Assembly (NCBI GenBank): GCA_035526585.1
Contig: DATLCC010000102.1
Span: 3,743-67,742, forward strand
Origin: Thermoplasmatota archaeon
Lineage (GTDB): Archaea > Thermoplasmatota > SW-10-69-26 > JACQPN01 > JAJPHT01
Length of the DNA stretch: 64,000 nt
Direction of reading: 5' to 3'
Part shown: one piece after another, positions 1 through 10,481 of the stretch
How the letters are laid out: each line of letters starts with the position of its first letter
Numbering within the stretch: position 1 is the first letter of the stretch
The notes under the pieces: model-generated
What the model was told of the DNA's origin: nothing
Seen by the model: only the letters and a program-made list of their open reading frames with translations
Databases searched by the model: none
Translations under genes and position numbers: made by a program

Positions 1-111
1 ACGCCGACGCTGCGCCTTGCCGCCGACGAAGGCACGTTCGAGTGGGAGGCCCGCGCCCGCGACGCCAACGCGACGGCCTGGACGCTCCGGGTGACGGCCG
101 CGCGCGGCTGA
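1..111 (+). CDS. 3' end of an upstream CDS, product unknown (partial)
   Basis: Frame 1 is open from the window edge to TGA at 109-111, with G/C-rich third positions (...[25 protein letters not shown]). Confidence 0.4.
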   Translation, partial: TPTLRLAADEGTFEWEARARDANATAWTLRVTAARG

Positions 112-148
112 GGGCCCCCCAGCGGAAACGCCAAGGTGGGGGCGCGGG

Positions 149-1345
149 ATGCGGGCCGCGATGCCCCGCCTCGCCTCGCCCCTCACCCCTGGCGCCACGA
201 AGATCCTTCTCCTGGGCTCGGGCGAGCTCGGGAAGGAGGTCGCGATCGAGGCGATGCGCCTGGGCGCGGAGGTCGTCGCGTGCGACCGGTACGCGAACGC
301 GCCCGCGATGCAGGTCGCGCACCGATCGCACGTCTTCTCGATGCTCGATGGGGACGCGATCCGACGCGTCGTCGAGCTGGAGAAGCCCTCCTTCATCGTG
401 CCCGAGATCGAGGCCATCGCGACGCAGACGCTGGTCGAGCTCGAGAAGGAAGGGTGGCACGTGGTCCCGACCGCGCGCGCCGCGCGCCTTACGATGGACC
501 GCGAGGGGATCAGGCGCCTCGCGGCGGAGGAGCTGGGGCTCCCGACGTCGAGCTATCATTTCGCCTCGAGCTTCGATGAGCTCCTCGCCGGCGCCCGGAA
601 GGTAGGCTTCCCGTGCGTCATCAAGCCCACGATGTCGTCGAGCGGGAAGGGGCAGAGCGTCGCCCGGAGCGAGGCCGACCTCCCGCGCGCGTGGGAGTAC
701 GCGCAGAGCGGCACTCGCGCGAAGACCGGCCGCGTCATCGTGGAGGGCTTCGTCCGCTTCGACTACGAGATCACGCTCCTCACCGTGCGCCACGCCGAGG
801 GGACGAGCTTCTGCGAGCCCATCGGCCACATCCAGGTGGATGGCGACTACCGCGAGAGCTGGCAGCCGCACCCCATGTCGCCAGGCGCGCACGCTCGCTC
901 GCAGGAGATCGCGCGCAAGGTGACGGATGCGCTGGGCGGGCGGGGCGTCTTCGGCGTGGAGCTCTTCGTCCGTGGCGACGACGTCTGGTTCAGCGAGGTC
1001 TCGCCGCGCCCGCACGACACGGGCATGGTCACGCTCTGCTCGCAGACCATGAGCGAGTTCGAGCTCCACGTGCGCGCGATCCTCGGTCTCCCGATCCCGC
1101 AGATCGAGTGCCGCCCGGGGGCGAGCGCCGCCGTCCTCTCGGAGATCGAGACCGACCGCCCCGCGATCGAGGGCGTCGCGGACGCGCTGCGCGAGCCAGG
1201 CACGTGGGTGCGCGTGTTCGGCAAGCCCGTCGCGCACAAGAAGCGCCGCATGGCGGTGGCGCTCGCCACCGCGGCGAGCGTCGACGAGGCCCGGCGCAAG
1301 GCCGTGGCGGCCGCGAAGATCGTCCGCGTCGTACAAGCGCCGTAA
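149..1345 (+). CDS. purT: Formate-dependent phosphoribosylglycinamide formyltransferase (GAR transformylase 2, ATP-grasp)
   Basis: Full-length resemblance to PurT: N-terminal [17 protein letters not shown]-grasp core, C-terminal FGKP...[10 protein letters not shown]. The start could be ATG 149 or ATG 161. Confidence 0.9.
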   Translation: MRAAMPRLASPLTPGATKILLLGSGELGKEVAIEAMRLGAEVVACDRYANAPAMQVAHRSHVFSMLDGDAIRRVVELEKPSFIVPEIEAIATQTLVELEKEGWHVVPTARAARLTMDREGIRRLAAEELGLPTSSYHFASSFDELLAGARKVGFPCVIKPTMSSSGKGQSVARSEADLPRAWEYAQSGTRAKTGRVIVEGFVRFDYEITLLTVRHAEGTSFCEPIGHIQVDGDYRESWQPHPMSPGAHARSQEIARKVTDALGGRGVFGVELFVRGDDVWFSEVSPRPHDTGMVTLCSQTMSEFELHVRAILGLPIPQIECRPGASAAVLSEIETDRPAIEGVADALREPGTWVRVFGKPVAHKKRRMAVALATAASVDEARRKAVAAAKIVRVVQAP

Positions 1346-1473
1346 GCCCCGCCGTATCCACCGCCAGTAGACGACACGCTTTTCCGGCTCCCGCCAGTCC
1401 TCCCAGACGCGTGAACCCGGAGCTGCGTCAGAGGACCGAAGGCATCCCGCAGCCAAGCGCGGACCCGCTCGAG

Positions 1474-4158
1474 ATGCTGGGCATGGGCCGCTGGGAAGCG
1501 GATCCCAGCATGGTGCGCTTCCACGCCGTGGGTCCAGGCGCAGAGCGGATCCTCGGCATCCCCGCAGAGCGTTGGCTCGACGAGCCGGGCCTCTGGCTCG
1601 CGCGCGTGCACCCGCTGGATCGCGCCGCGGTCCTCCGCGATCGCGCCTCGCACCGCGACCACGTCGTCGACTACCGCCTCGTGGCGGGCGACGGGCGCAC
1701 CGTCTGGGTGCGCGAGGCCGTCTCGTTCGCGCGCGGAGCGGATGGCGTCGTCTCGCGCCTCCACGGCGTCTTCCACGACGTCTCCTCCGAGCGACGCAAC
1801 GCCGCGCGCCTCGCCGCGCAGGCCGGTCTCTCCACGCTCCTCGCCGGCGCCGACCGGATCGAAGAGATCGCCGTCGACATCCTGCGCACCATCGGCGAGG
1901 CCCTGGGCTACGAGCTGGGCAGCTTCTGGAAGCTTGACGAGCCCTCCGCCTGTCTGCGCTGCGAAGCCGTCTGGGTCGCGCCGCACATCCGCGCGGTCTC
2001 GTTCGAGTCGCAGACGCGCGCGGCGACGGTCGCCCCCGGCGAAGGGCTTCCCGGCCGCGTCCTGCAGACGGGGCGCGCCATGTGGGTCACGGACGTCACG
2101 CGCGAGAGCGGCTTCCCGCGCGCCGAGGTCGCCGCGCGCGAGGGGCTCCGCGCCGGCGTCGCGGTGCCGATCGGGCGCGGGGGTCGCACCTACGGCGTCC
2201 TCGAGCTCTTCACGCGGGACGTGCGCGCGCCCGACGAGGCGCTCGTCTCGATCCTCGAAAGCCTCGGGACCCAGCTCGCCCAGGCCATGGAGCGCCGGCT
2301 CGCCGAGGCCCACGCGCGCGACCTGGGCGTGCGCCGCGCCGCGATCCTCGAGGCGGCGCTCGACGCGATCGTCGCGATGGACGCCACCGGGCGCGTCCTC
2401 GAGTGGAACCCCGCCGCGGAGCGCACGTTCGGCTACGCGCGCGACGAGGTCGTCGGGCGCTCCCTCGTCGAGCTCATCGTCGCGCCGCAGCATCGGGAAG
2501 GCTCCCTCCTCGCGCGCCAGCTCCAGGGGAGCCAAGGGCGCAGGCTGGGCGAGCGCCTGGAGCTCGTCGCGATGCGCAAGGACGGGACGAGCTTCCCCGT
2601 CGAGCTCGCGATCGTGCGCATCCCCGTCGACGGGCCCGCGCTTTACACCGGTCATTTCCGCGACATCAGCGCGCGCCAGGCGTCCTTCGACGCGCTGCGC
2701 GAGAGCGAGTCGCGCTATCGTTTCCTCGCCGACAGCATCCCGCAGCAGGTGTGGACGACGCTCCCGGCCGGGACCTTCGAGTACGCGAACGCCCGCGCGA
2801 CGGAGTACCTCGGCGTCGAGGGGACGAAGGGTGGCTGGGACGCGATCGCGCACCCGCAGGACCTGCCGCGGATGCACGAGGCGTGGGGCGCGGCGCGCGC
2901 GAGCGGAGAGGCCTTCGAGATCGAGATGCGCCTGCGTCGGCGCACCGGCGAGCACCGCTGGCACCTCGTGCGCGCCTCGCCCCTCAAGGACGACGCGGGA
3001 CGCGTGCTGCGCTGGTTTGGCAGCTCGACCGACATCGAGGAGAAGAAGCGCCAGGAGCAGCGCCTCGCCGATCTCCTCGCGGAGGTGGACCAGCAGCGCC
3101 GCCGCCTGGACAACATCGTGGCGTCGGTCCCCGGCGTCGTCTGGGAGGCGTGGGGCCAGCCCGACGCGCAGGCGCAGCGCATCGACTTCGTGAGCGACCA
3201 CGTGGAGGCGATGCTGGGCTACTCGACGCAGGAATGGCTCTCGACGCCCAACTTCTGGCTCACGATCGTCCACCCCGACGACCGGGCGGACGCGGCGGCG
3301 CGTTCGCGCGCGGCGTTCGAATCGGGCGAAGGCTCGTCGCAGCAGTTCCGCTGGCGCCGCAAGGACGGCTCCTACGTGTGGGTGCAGGCGTGGAACGTGA
3401 TCGTGAAGGACGGTCTTGGTCGCCCGATCGGCATGCGCGGCGTGACGCTCGACGTCTCGAAGCTCAAGGAGACGGAGGAGGCGCTGCGGGCGAGCGTGAA
3501 GGAGCTCGACCAGTTCGCCTACGTCACCTCGCACGACCTCAAGGCGCCGCTGCGGGGCATCGCGAACCTCTCGCGCTGGATCGAGGAGGACCTCGGCGCC
3601 GCCATCACGCCCGACTCCCGCGCGCACCTCGATCTGTTGCGCGGGCGCGTGCAGCGCATGGAGTCGCTCATCGACGCGATCCTCGCCTACTCCCGCGTCG
3701 GCCGGGTGAAGGCGAAGCCGGAGCGCGTCGAGGTGTCGAAGCTCCTCGCGGAGACGATCGACCTCCTCGCGCCGCCGGACGGGTTCCGCGTCGAGGTCGC
3801 GACGCCGATGCCCACCCTCACCACGGAGCGCCTGCGCCTGCAGCAGGTCTTCATGAACCTCATCGGCAACGCCATCAAGCATCACCCCGACAAGGCGCGC
3901 GGCCGCGTCGAGGTGCGCGCCGTCGAGCACGGGCGCATGTGGCGCTTCAGCGTCGCGGACAATGGCGCGGGCATCGCTCCGCGATATCACGACAAGATCT
4001 TCGTCATCTTCCAGACGCTCGAGGCGCGCGACAAGGTCGAAGGCACCGGCATCGGCCTCGCGCTCGTGAAGAAGATCGTCGAAGGCAATGGCGGCACGAT
4101 CGCGGTCGACTCGGACGTCGGCCGTGGCGCGGCCTTCCAGTTCACCTGGCCCAAGTGA
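1474..4158 (+). CDS. Multi-sensor histidine kinase (PAS-GAF-PAS-PAS-PAS-HisKA-HATPase)
   Basis: H-box FAYVTSHDLKAPLR, N-box NLIGNAIKH, G-boxes DNGAGI and GTGIGL. A GAF block (ELGSFWKLDE...GVLELF) and repeated PAS blocks are present. Only the 3' three quarters of track ORF 613..4158 look coding; the alternative start is GTG 1411. Confidence 0.85.
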   Translation: MLGMGRWEADPSMVRFHAVGPGAERILGIPAERWLDEPGLWLARVHPLDRAAVLRDRASHRDHVVDYRLVAGDGRTVWVREAVSFARGADGVVSRLHGVFHDVSSERRNAARLAAQAGLSTLLAGADRIEEIAVDILRTIGEALGYELGSFWKLDEPSACLRCEAVWVAPHIRAVSFESQTRAATVAPGEGLPGRVLQTGRAMWVTDVTRESGFPRAEVAAREGLRAGVAVPIGRGGRTYGVLELFTRDVRAPDEALVSILESLGTQLAQAMERRLAEAHARDLGVRRAAILEAALDAIVAMDATGRVLEWNPAAERTFGYARDEVVGRSLVELIVAPQHREGSLLARQLQGSQGRRLGERLELVAMRKDGTSFPVELAIVRIPVDGPALYTGHFRDISARQASFDALRESESRYRFLADSIPQQVWTTLPAGTFEYANARATEYLGVEGTKGGWDAIAHPQDLPRMHEAWGAARASGEAFEIEMRLRRRTGEHRWHLVRASPLKDDAGRVLRWFGSSTDIEEKKRQEQRLADLLAEVDQQRRRLDNIVASVPGVVWEAWGQPDAQAQRIDFVSDHVEAMLGYSTQEWLSTPNFWLTIVHPDDRADAAARSRAAFESGEGSSQQFRWRRKDGSYVWVQAWNVIVKDGLGRPIGMRGVTLDVSKLKETEEALRASVKELDQFAYVTSHDLKAPLRGIANLSRWIEEDLGAAITPDSRAHLDLLRGRVQRMESLIDAILAYSRVGRVKAKPERVEVSKLLAETIDLLAPPDGFRVEVATPMPTLTTERLRLQQVFMNLIGNAIKHHPDKARGRVEVRAVEHGRMWRFSVADNGAGIAPRYHDKIFVIFQTLEARDKVEGTGIGLALVKKIVEGNGGTIAVDSDVGRGAAFQFTWPK

Positions 4159-4167
4159 GGACACACC

Positions 4168-4599
4168 ATGGAACCCCAGAAGATGGTCAACATCCTCCTC
4201 GTCGAGGACGACGAGGTCGACGTGATGAACGTGCGTCGCGCGTTCAAGAAGAACAACGTGATGAACCCGCTCTTCGTGGCCTCGAACGGCCTCGAAGCGT
4301 TGGAGCTCCTGCGCTCGAACGGCAAGCCCGCGCAGGTCCCCAAGGACCGGCGGCTCGTCCTCCTCGACCTCAACATGCCCAAGATGGGCGGGATCGAGTT
4401 CCTGCGCGAGCTGCGCGGCGACTCGGACCTGCGCTCGACCCCCGTCGTCGTGCTCACCACGTCGAACGAGGAGCGGGACCGCATCGAGGCGTACGACCTG
4501 AACGTCGCCGGCTACATCCTGAAGCCCGTCACGCTCACGAGCTTCATGGAGACGATGGCCACGCTCAATCGGTATTGGATGCTCAGCGAATTCCCATGA
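4168..4599 (+). CDS. Single-domain response regulator (CheY-like receiver)
   Basis: ILLVEDDEVD, phospho-acceptor context LVLLDLNMPKMGG, and conserved GYILKP lysine motif. The stop overlaps the next gene's ATG (ATGA at 4596-4599). Confidence 0.9.
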   Translation: MEPQKMVNILLVEDDEVDVMNVRRAFKKNNVMNPLFVASNGLEALELLRSNGKPAQVPKDRRLVLLDLNMPKMGGIEFLRELRGDSDLRSTPVVVLTTSNEERDRIEAYDLNVAGYILKPVTLTSFMETMATLNRYWMLSEFP

Positions 4600-6764
4600 C
4601 CAAGCTCCGGGTGCTCGTCGTCGACGATGACCTCGTCGATCGACTGTCGGTCCGCCGCGCGCTGCGCACGGCGGGGTTCGAGGCCGAGGTGGATGACGCC
4701 GAGTGCCGCGTCGACGCGCTCGCGAAGCTGAGCTCCGGCGAGTACGACTGCACCTTCCTCGACTTCCTGCTGCCCGATGGCAACGGCCTCGACGTGATCC
4801 GTGAGGCGCGCGAGGCCGGCGTGCGCTCGCCCATCATCGTCCTCACGGGCCAGGGGGACGAGCGCACCGCGGTGGAGCTCATGAAGGCGGGCGCCGCGGA
4901 TTACCTGCCGAAGTCGGAGGTCTCGCCCGAGCGCCTGACCCACGCGCTCCACAACGCGATCCGCCTCTACCACGCCGAGCGCTCGGCGCACGCGGCGGAG
5001 CGCGAGCGCTCGCGCGCGTTGAAGCTCGAGCGCCACGCGCGCGAGGAGGCCGTGGCCGCGCAGCGGCGCCTCGCGTTCCTCGCCGAGGCGAGCGCGATCG
5101 TCTCCGCGTCGCTCGATTACCAGGAGACGCTGGAGAACGTCGCCCGCATCTGCGTGCCGGAGCTCGCCGAATGGTGCCTGCTCGACCTCGTCGAGGCGGG
5201 CGGGGGCCACGAGCGCGTCGCGGTCGCGCACGCAGACACGGCGCACGCGCCCATCGCGGCGAGGCTGCGCCGGCGGTACGAGGCGCGGCTGGACGCGACG
5301 TACGGCGTGACGCGCGTCATCGCGACGGGGCGCTCGGAGATCATGCGCGAGGTGCCCGACTGGGTCCTCGTGGAGCTCGCGAACGACGGGGACCACCTGG
5401 ACGCCTTGCGCGAGATCGGGGCGAAGAGCGTGATGACGGTCCCGCTCGTCGCGCGCGGGCGGACGCTGGGCGCGATGAGCTTCCTCTCGAAGGCGCCTGC
5501 GCGCTACGGGCTCGACGACCTCACCTTCGCCGAGGAGATCGCGCGCCGCGCGGCGCTCGCCGTCGACAACGCGCGCCTCTACGACGAGGTGCGACGCGCG
5601 GAATCGCGCCTGCGCCAGCAGCTCGATCTCACGACGGCGATCACGGGCAGCCTCGCGGAGGGCGTGCTCGCGGTGGACCGCGACGGGCGTTTCACGTTCG
5701 CGAACGCGGCCGCCGAGAGCATCCTCGGCCTTCGCGGCGGCGCGCTCCTGGGGCGCGAGGTCGACCGCGTGCTCGCGCCCGGGCGACGCAACGCCATCAT
5801 GGACGCCATCTTCGCCGGAGGCGTCCTCCACGCCGAGGACGATGCGTTCGTGCGCGAGGACGGCCGCCTCGTGCCCGTCTCGTTCGCGGCGTCGCCGCTC
5901 TTCGCGGAGGACAAGGTGTGCGGCGCGGTGCTCGCGTTCCACGACATCACCGAGCGCAAGCGCGCGCAGGCCGAGATCGAGGCGTCGCGCCGCCAGCTCG
6001 TGCAGACGGAGAAGCTCTCGGCGCTGGGCACGTTGATCTCGGGCGTCGCGCACGAGCTGCGCACGCCGCTCACGTATCTGACGAACAACATGTTCCTTCT
6101 CCAGGCGCGACTCGACGCCGCCGCGAAAGCGGACCCGAGCCTCGCGCCGCTCGTGGCCGACGCGCGGCGCTTCTCGGCCTCGGCGCTCGAAGGCGCGGAT
6201 CGCATCAACGCGCTCGTGCGCGACCTGCGCCCCTTCGCGAAGACCGACACGGGACGGCGCGTCGAGGCGGGCCTGCACGAGGTCGTGGAGGGCGCCGTCG
6301 ACCTCTTCCGAGCGACGCAGCGCGGGCGCGTCGAGGTCGTGGCGGACCTCGCGCCGACGCGCCCGATCCCCCTGGATCGGGGCCAGGTGCAGCGCGTCGT
6401 CCTGAACCTCCTCCTCAACGGATCGGAGGCGATGCCCAAGGGCGGCCGCGTGCGCGTCGCGACGCGCGACGCCGCGGACGGAGCCGAGGTCGAGGTCGAG
6501 GACGAGGGGATCGGCATGACGCCCGAGGTCGAGGAGCGCATGTTCGACCCGTTCTTCACGACGAAGCCCGAGGGGACCGGCTTGGGCCTCGCCATCACCC
6601 GCCGGATCGTGGAGGCGCACGGGGGCACGCTGCGCTATAGCACCGCGCCGGGCCGCGGCACGATCTTCATCGTCAGGCTGCCCGCCGGGCAACCGGGCGC
6701 GGGCATCCCCGTCCTCGCCGACGCTCCGCGCGCGATGAGCACCCATCCGGGAACCACCTCCTGA
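4596..6764 (+). CDS. Hybrid sensor kinase (REC-GAF-PAS-HisKA-HATPase)
   Basis: N-terminal receiver (VLVVDDD...FLDFLLPDGNG...ADYLPK), a GAF block, one PAS, H-box GVAHELRTPL, N-box LNLLLNGSEA, and DEGIGM / GTGLGL. Confidence 0.85.
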   Translation: MTKLRVLVVDDDLVDRLSVRRALRTAGFEAEVDDAECRVDALAKLSSGEYDCTFLDFLLPDGNGLDVIREAREAGVRSPIIVLTGQGDERTAVELMKAGAADYLPKSEVSPERLTHALHNAIRLYHAERSAHAAERERSRALKLERHAREEAVAAQRRLAFLAEASAIVSASLDYQETLENVARICVPELAEWCLLDLVEAGGGHERVAVAHADTAHAPIAARLRRRYEARLDATYGVTRVIATGRSEIMREVPDWVLVELANDGDHLDALREIGAKSVMTVPLVARGRTLGAMSFLSKAPARYGLDDLTFAEEIARRAALAVDNARLYDEVRRAESRLRQQLDLTTAITGSLAEGVLAVDRDGRFTFANAAAESILGLRGGALLGREVDRVLAPGRRNAIMDAIFAGGVLHAEDDAFVREDGRLVPVSFAASPLFAEDKVCGAVLAFHDITERKRAQAEIEASRRQLVQTEKLSALGTLISGVAHELRTPLTYLTNNMFLLQARLDAAAKADPSLAPLVADARRFSASALEGADRINALVRDLRPFAKTDTGRRVEAGLHEVVEGAVDLFRATQRGRVEVVADLAPTRPIPLDRGQVQRVVLNLLLNGSEAMPKGGRVRVATRDAADGAEVEVEDEGIGMTPEVEERMFDPFFTTKPEGTGLGLAITRRIVEAHGGTLRYSTAPGRGTIFIVRLPAGQPGAGIPVLADAPRAMSTHPGTTS

Positions 6765-6948
6765 GGTGGTCCGATGGACTTCTTGCCGGCGCAGCCCAAG
6801 TGGCGCCTCCGATGGCATCGCTTCGCGCGGGACTTCTCCTGTCTCCCCTCTGCTTCACCTGCGGGCGCCCGGGCGAAGCGTGCGCCTGCGGCTTCGGCCA
6901 CGGCCGCCGCGGGCACACCGAAGGCGCGCTGAGCTGAAGGCGCCTCAG

Positions 6949-7971
6949 CTACGTGGCGCGCGCCGGCGCCCGCTTCGTCCCTTCCTTCTCCGGCTCTCCC
7001 TGCTCCTGCGCGACGGCCTCGCGTAGCGGGCGCGCGTCGCGCGACTCGCGCACACGGGAGCCGTACCGGTTCGCGTACACCTGCGTGAGCTCCGCGCCAA
7101 AGAACAGGATCATGCCCGAGTAGTAGACCCACACGAGGATGACGAGCATCGCGCCCGCGGCGCCGTAGCGCGACGAGAGCGGGCCCGCGCCCAGGTAGTA
7201 CCCGATCGCGATCTGGCCCACGACGAAGAGGAGCGCCGTGACGAAGCCGCCGACGAACACGTCGCGCCATGCGACGCGCGCGTCGGGCAGGAGCTTGAAC
7301 GTCGCGGCGAAGACGATCGTGACGACCGCGAGGGACACGAGGACGTTCGCGACGAGCAGGAGCGCCCCCGCTCCGGGGAACGCGGCGACCAGGTAGTCTC
7401 CCATCGCGGCGAGGCCCGCGCTCATGAGGAGCGACACGAGGAGCAGGAAGCCCGTGCCCATGACGCCCACGAAGCTCAGGAAGTTCTTGCGCAGGGCGAC
7501 GTGCACCTTCGCCCGGAACCCCACGGGCTTCTTGGCCTCGACCTCCCAGATGCGGTTGAGCGCCTCCTTCATCTGCGCGAACACCGCGCCCGCGGAGAGG
7601 AGAAGGAGCGCGCCGCCCATGATCGTGCCGACGATGCCGACGCGCTCGCGGTCGGCGCCCGCGAGGAGCGCCGCGATCCCTTCGCTGCCCGTGGCGCCGA
7701 GCATCTTCGTGAGCTGCCCCATGACGGCGCCGCGCGCGGCCTCCGCGCCGAAGGCGAGCGCCGCGACGCCGATCGCGAGCACGAGGAGCGGCCCGAGCGC
7801 GAAGAGCGTGTAGTACGCGAGCGCGGCCGCCTGCTTGGGGCACTTGTCCTCGAAGAACTCGCGCGTCGCTGCGCGCAGCAGGTCGAACGAGGCGCGCGGG
7901 CCTCCGCGGAAGCGCTCGCGTCGCGCGTCGTCGCGCGCGCGGGGCTCGTGCGAGGCCTTCTCCTTGGGCAT
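6949..7971 (-). CDS. YihY/BrkB-family integral membrane protein
   Basis: AAALAYYTLFALGPLL signature and about 6 hydrophobic spans. This is only the C-terminal 340 codons of track ORF 6949..8736, starting at ATG 7971. Confidence 0.75.
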   Translation of the reverse strand: MPKEKASHEPRARDDARRERFRGGPRASFDLLRAATREFFEDKCPKQAAALAYYTLFALGPLLVLAIGVAALAFGAEAARGAVMGQLTKMLGATGSEGIAALLAGADRERVGIVGTIMGGALLLLSAGAVFAQMKEALNRIWEVEAKKPVGFRAKVHVALRKNFLSFVGVMGTGFLLLVSLLMSAGLAAMGDYLVAAFPGAGALLLVANVLVSLAVVTIVFAATFKLLPDARVAWRDVFVGGFVTALLFVVGQIAIGYYLGAGPLSSRYGAAGAMLVILVWVYYSGMILFFGAELTQVYANRYGSRVRESRDARPLREAVAQEQGEPEKEGTKRAPARAT

Positions 7972-8029
7972 CCCTCGAAGGGTCGCGATGCGAAGTATGT
8001 CGGCGTTCTGGCCGGTCCGTCGCAGACGT

Positions 8030-8056
8030 GGATGACGCGCGACGGATGACGCGCGA
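8030..8056. repeat. Tandem direct repeat GGATGACGCGCGA x2 (1-nt spacer)
   Basis: 8030-8042 and 8044-8056 are identical 13-mers in the yihY/tRNA-Pro intergenic region. Confidence 0.6.
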
Positions 8057-8134
8057 GCGGTCGCCGAATCATTAAATAGGGCGACCCGGATAGGCGGCCA
8101 CCCCAGCCGGAAAACCCCGGCCGATTCTCCCTGC

Positions 8135-8207
8135 GGGTCCGTGGGGTAGCTTGGTATCCTTGGTGCTTGGGGTGCACTTGACTTCGGTTCAAATCCGAAC
8201 GGACCCA
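8135..8207 (+). tRNA. tRNA-Pro (anticodon GGG)
   Basis: Hand-folded cloverleaf: acceptor GGGTCCG/CGGACCC, anticodon stem GGTGC/GCACT, loop TTGGGGT, T-arm TTCGG-TTCAAAT-CCGAA, discriminator A, no encoded CCA. Confidence 0.85.
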
Positions 8208-8213
8208 TGTTCT

Positions 8214-8235
8214 GCGACAGCCGGCAGGCTGTCGC
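8214..8235 (+). other. Perfect 9-bp hairpin immediately 3' of tRNA-Pro
   Basis: GCGACAGCC-GGCA-GGCTGTCGC, followed about 40 nt later by CTTTTGATATC. Confidence 0.35.
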
Positions 8236-8316
8236 GCACCATGGAGCGAGGCCGCATCGCGGCCGAACGTGTCCTTTTGATATCGACTTCAGCACCAGAA
8301 GCGTCAACCCTTCACC

Positions 8317-8571
8317 ATGCGTAGAACAGTCCAGATGCCTGCCAGCTCCGACGACGCGGCCGCCGCCCGGCACGCCCGCATCGACCGCCTGTCGCCGCTT
8401 GCCCGCGAGGAGCTCGCCCTCATCATCGGCGAGGCCGCGCTGGAGAGCTGGCTCTGCGGCGAGGCCTGGCCGCCGCTCCTCGAGCGCTGCGTCGACGCCA
8501 TCGAGGAGGAGCAGGACCAGGGGCCTGTCGCCATCCGGATCGTGGTCGACGGCTCCCCGGGCCCTTCTTAA
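8317..8571 (+). CDS. Hypothetical small protein (84 aa)
   Basis: ATG-initiated ORF with G/C-rich third positions. I recognise no family. Confidence 0.4.
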   Translation: MRRTVQMPASSDDAAAARHARIDRLSPLAREELALIIGEAALESWLCGEAWPPLLERCVDAIEEEQDQGPVAIRIVVDGSPGPS

Positions 8572-8635
8572 GGCGTCGTTGAACGCTGGCACCACAAGAC
8601 CCAAGTCTCCCTTGCCTTGACGCCTGCTGAACAGC

Positions 8636-9868
<1,233 letters not shown>

Positions 9869-10028
9869 GCAGCCGGCTAGCCGCCACGACCAAGCGAGAG
9901 GAGATGCTTCTCTCCGTGTGCCTGCCTCGGCCCTGCTCCTTACCCTGCGCACCGACGCTCGCCGCCGCCCGGCTCGCCTCCTCGTGGTCTGGGCGCCGCC
10001 GACCGAGGAGCCCGGGCGCCCGCGGCAG

Positions 10029-10481
10029 ATGGGAGGCGCGGGCGGCGGCGCGCCCCCGTCGGACGTGTGCATCCTGATCGTGGACGACGATCCCCTCATG
10101 ACCGAGTTCCTTCCGCGCAAGCTCGCGCGCGCGATGGCGGACGGCGTGCGCATCGTGACCGCGGCCACGGCCCGCGAGGCGAGCGACATCCTCGCGCGCG
10201 AAAGGCCCGCGATCGTGCTCAGCGACTTCAACCTCCGCGAGGGGCGCACCGGGCTCGACGTGCTCGCGGAGGCCGCGCGCGAAGCGCCCGACGCGACCCG
10301 CATCCTCTTCAGCGGCCACACCCAGCGCGAGATCGGCATCCCGCTGCGCGAAGCCGACATCCACGGCTACATCGAGAAGCCGATGCGGATCGACGAGCTC
10401 GTGACGACGCTCCTCCACACGATCAAGGATGCGACGGGCATGGACCTCGCGCGAAAGGGAGCGGGCGATGGCAAGGCTTGA
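10029..10481 (+). CDS. Stand-alone response regulator receiver
   Basis: ILIVDDDPLM, VLSDFNL, LFSGH, YIEKP. Start taken at the internal ATG of track ORF 9918..10481. Confidence 0.8.
   Translation: MGGAGGGAPPSDVCILIVDDDPLMTEFLPRKLARAMADGVRIVTAATAREASDILARERPAIVLSDFNLREGRTGLDVLAEAAREAPDATRILFSGHTQREIGIPLREADIHGYIEKPMRIDELVTTLLHTIKDATGMDLARKGAGDGKA

Noticed and set aside
847-4164. 1105-aa minus-strand ORF antisense to the PAS/GAF kinase. Similar giant ORFs occur at 4512..6818, 11816..14272, 25016..26359, 40792..42927, 42936..44696, 47063..48745 and 56013..58193.
   Set aside because: They are Arg/Ala/Gly/Asp-rich with no recognisable motifs, and they lie exactly opposite or out of frame with genes that carry clear family signatures. 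These are the expected stop-poor shadow frames of very GC-rich DNA.
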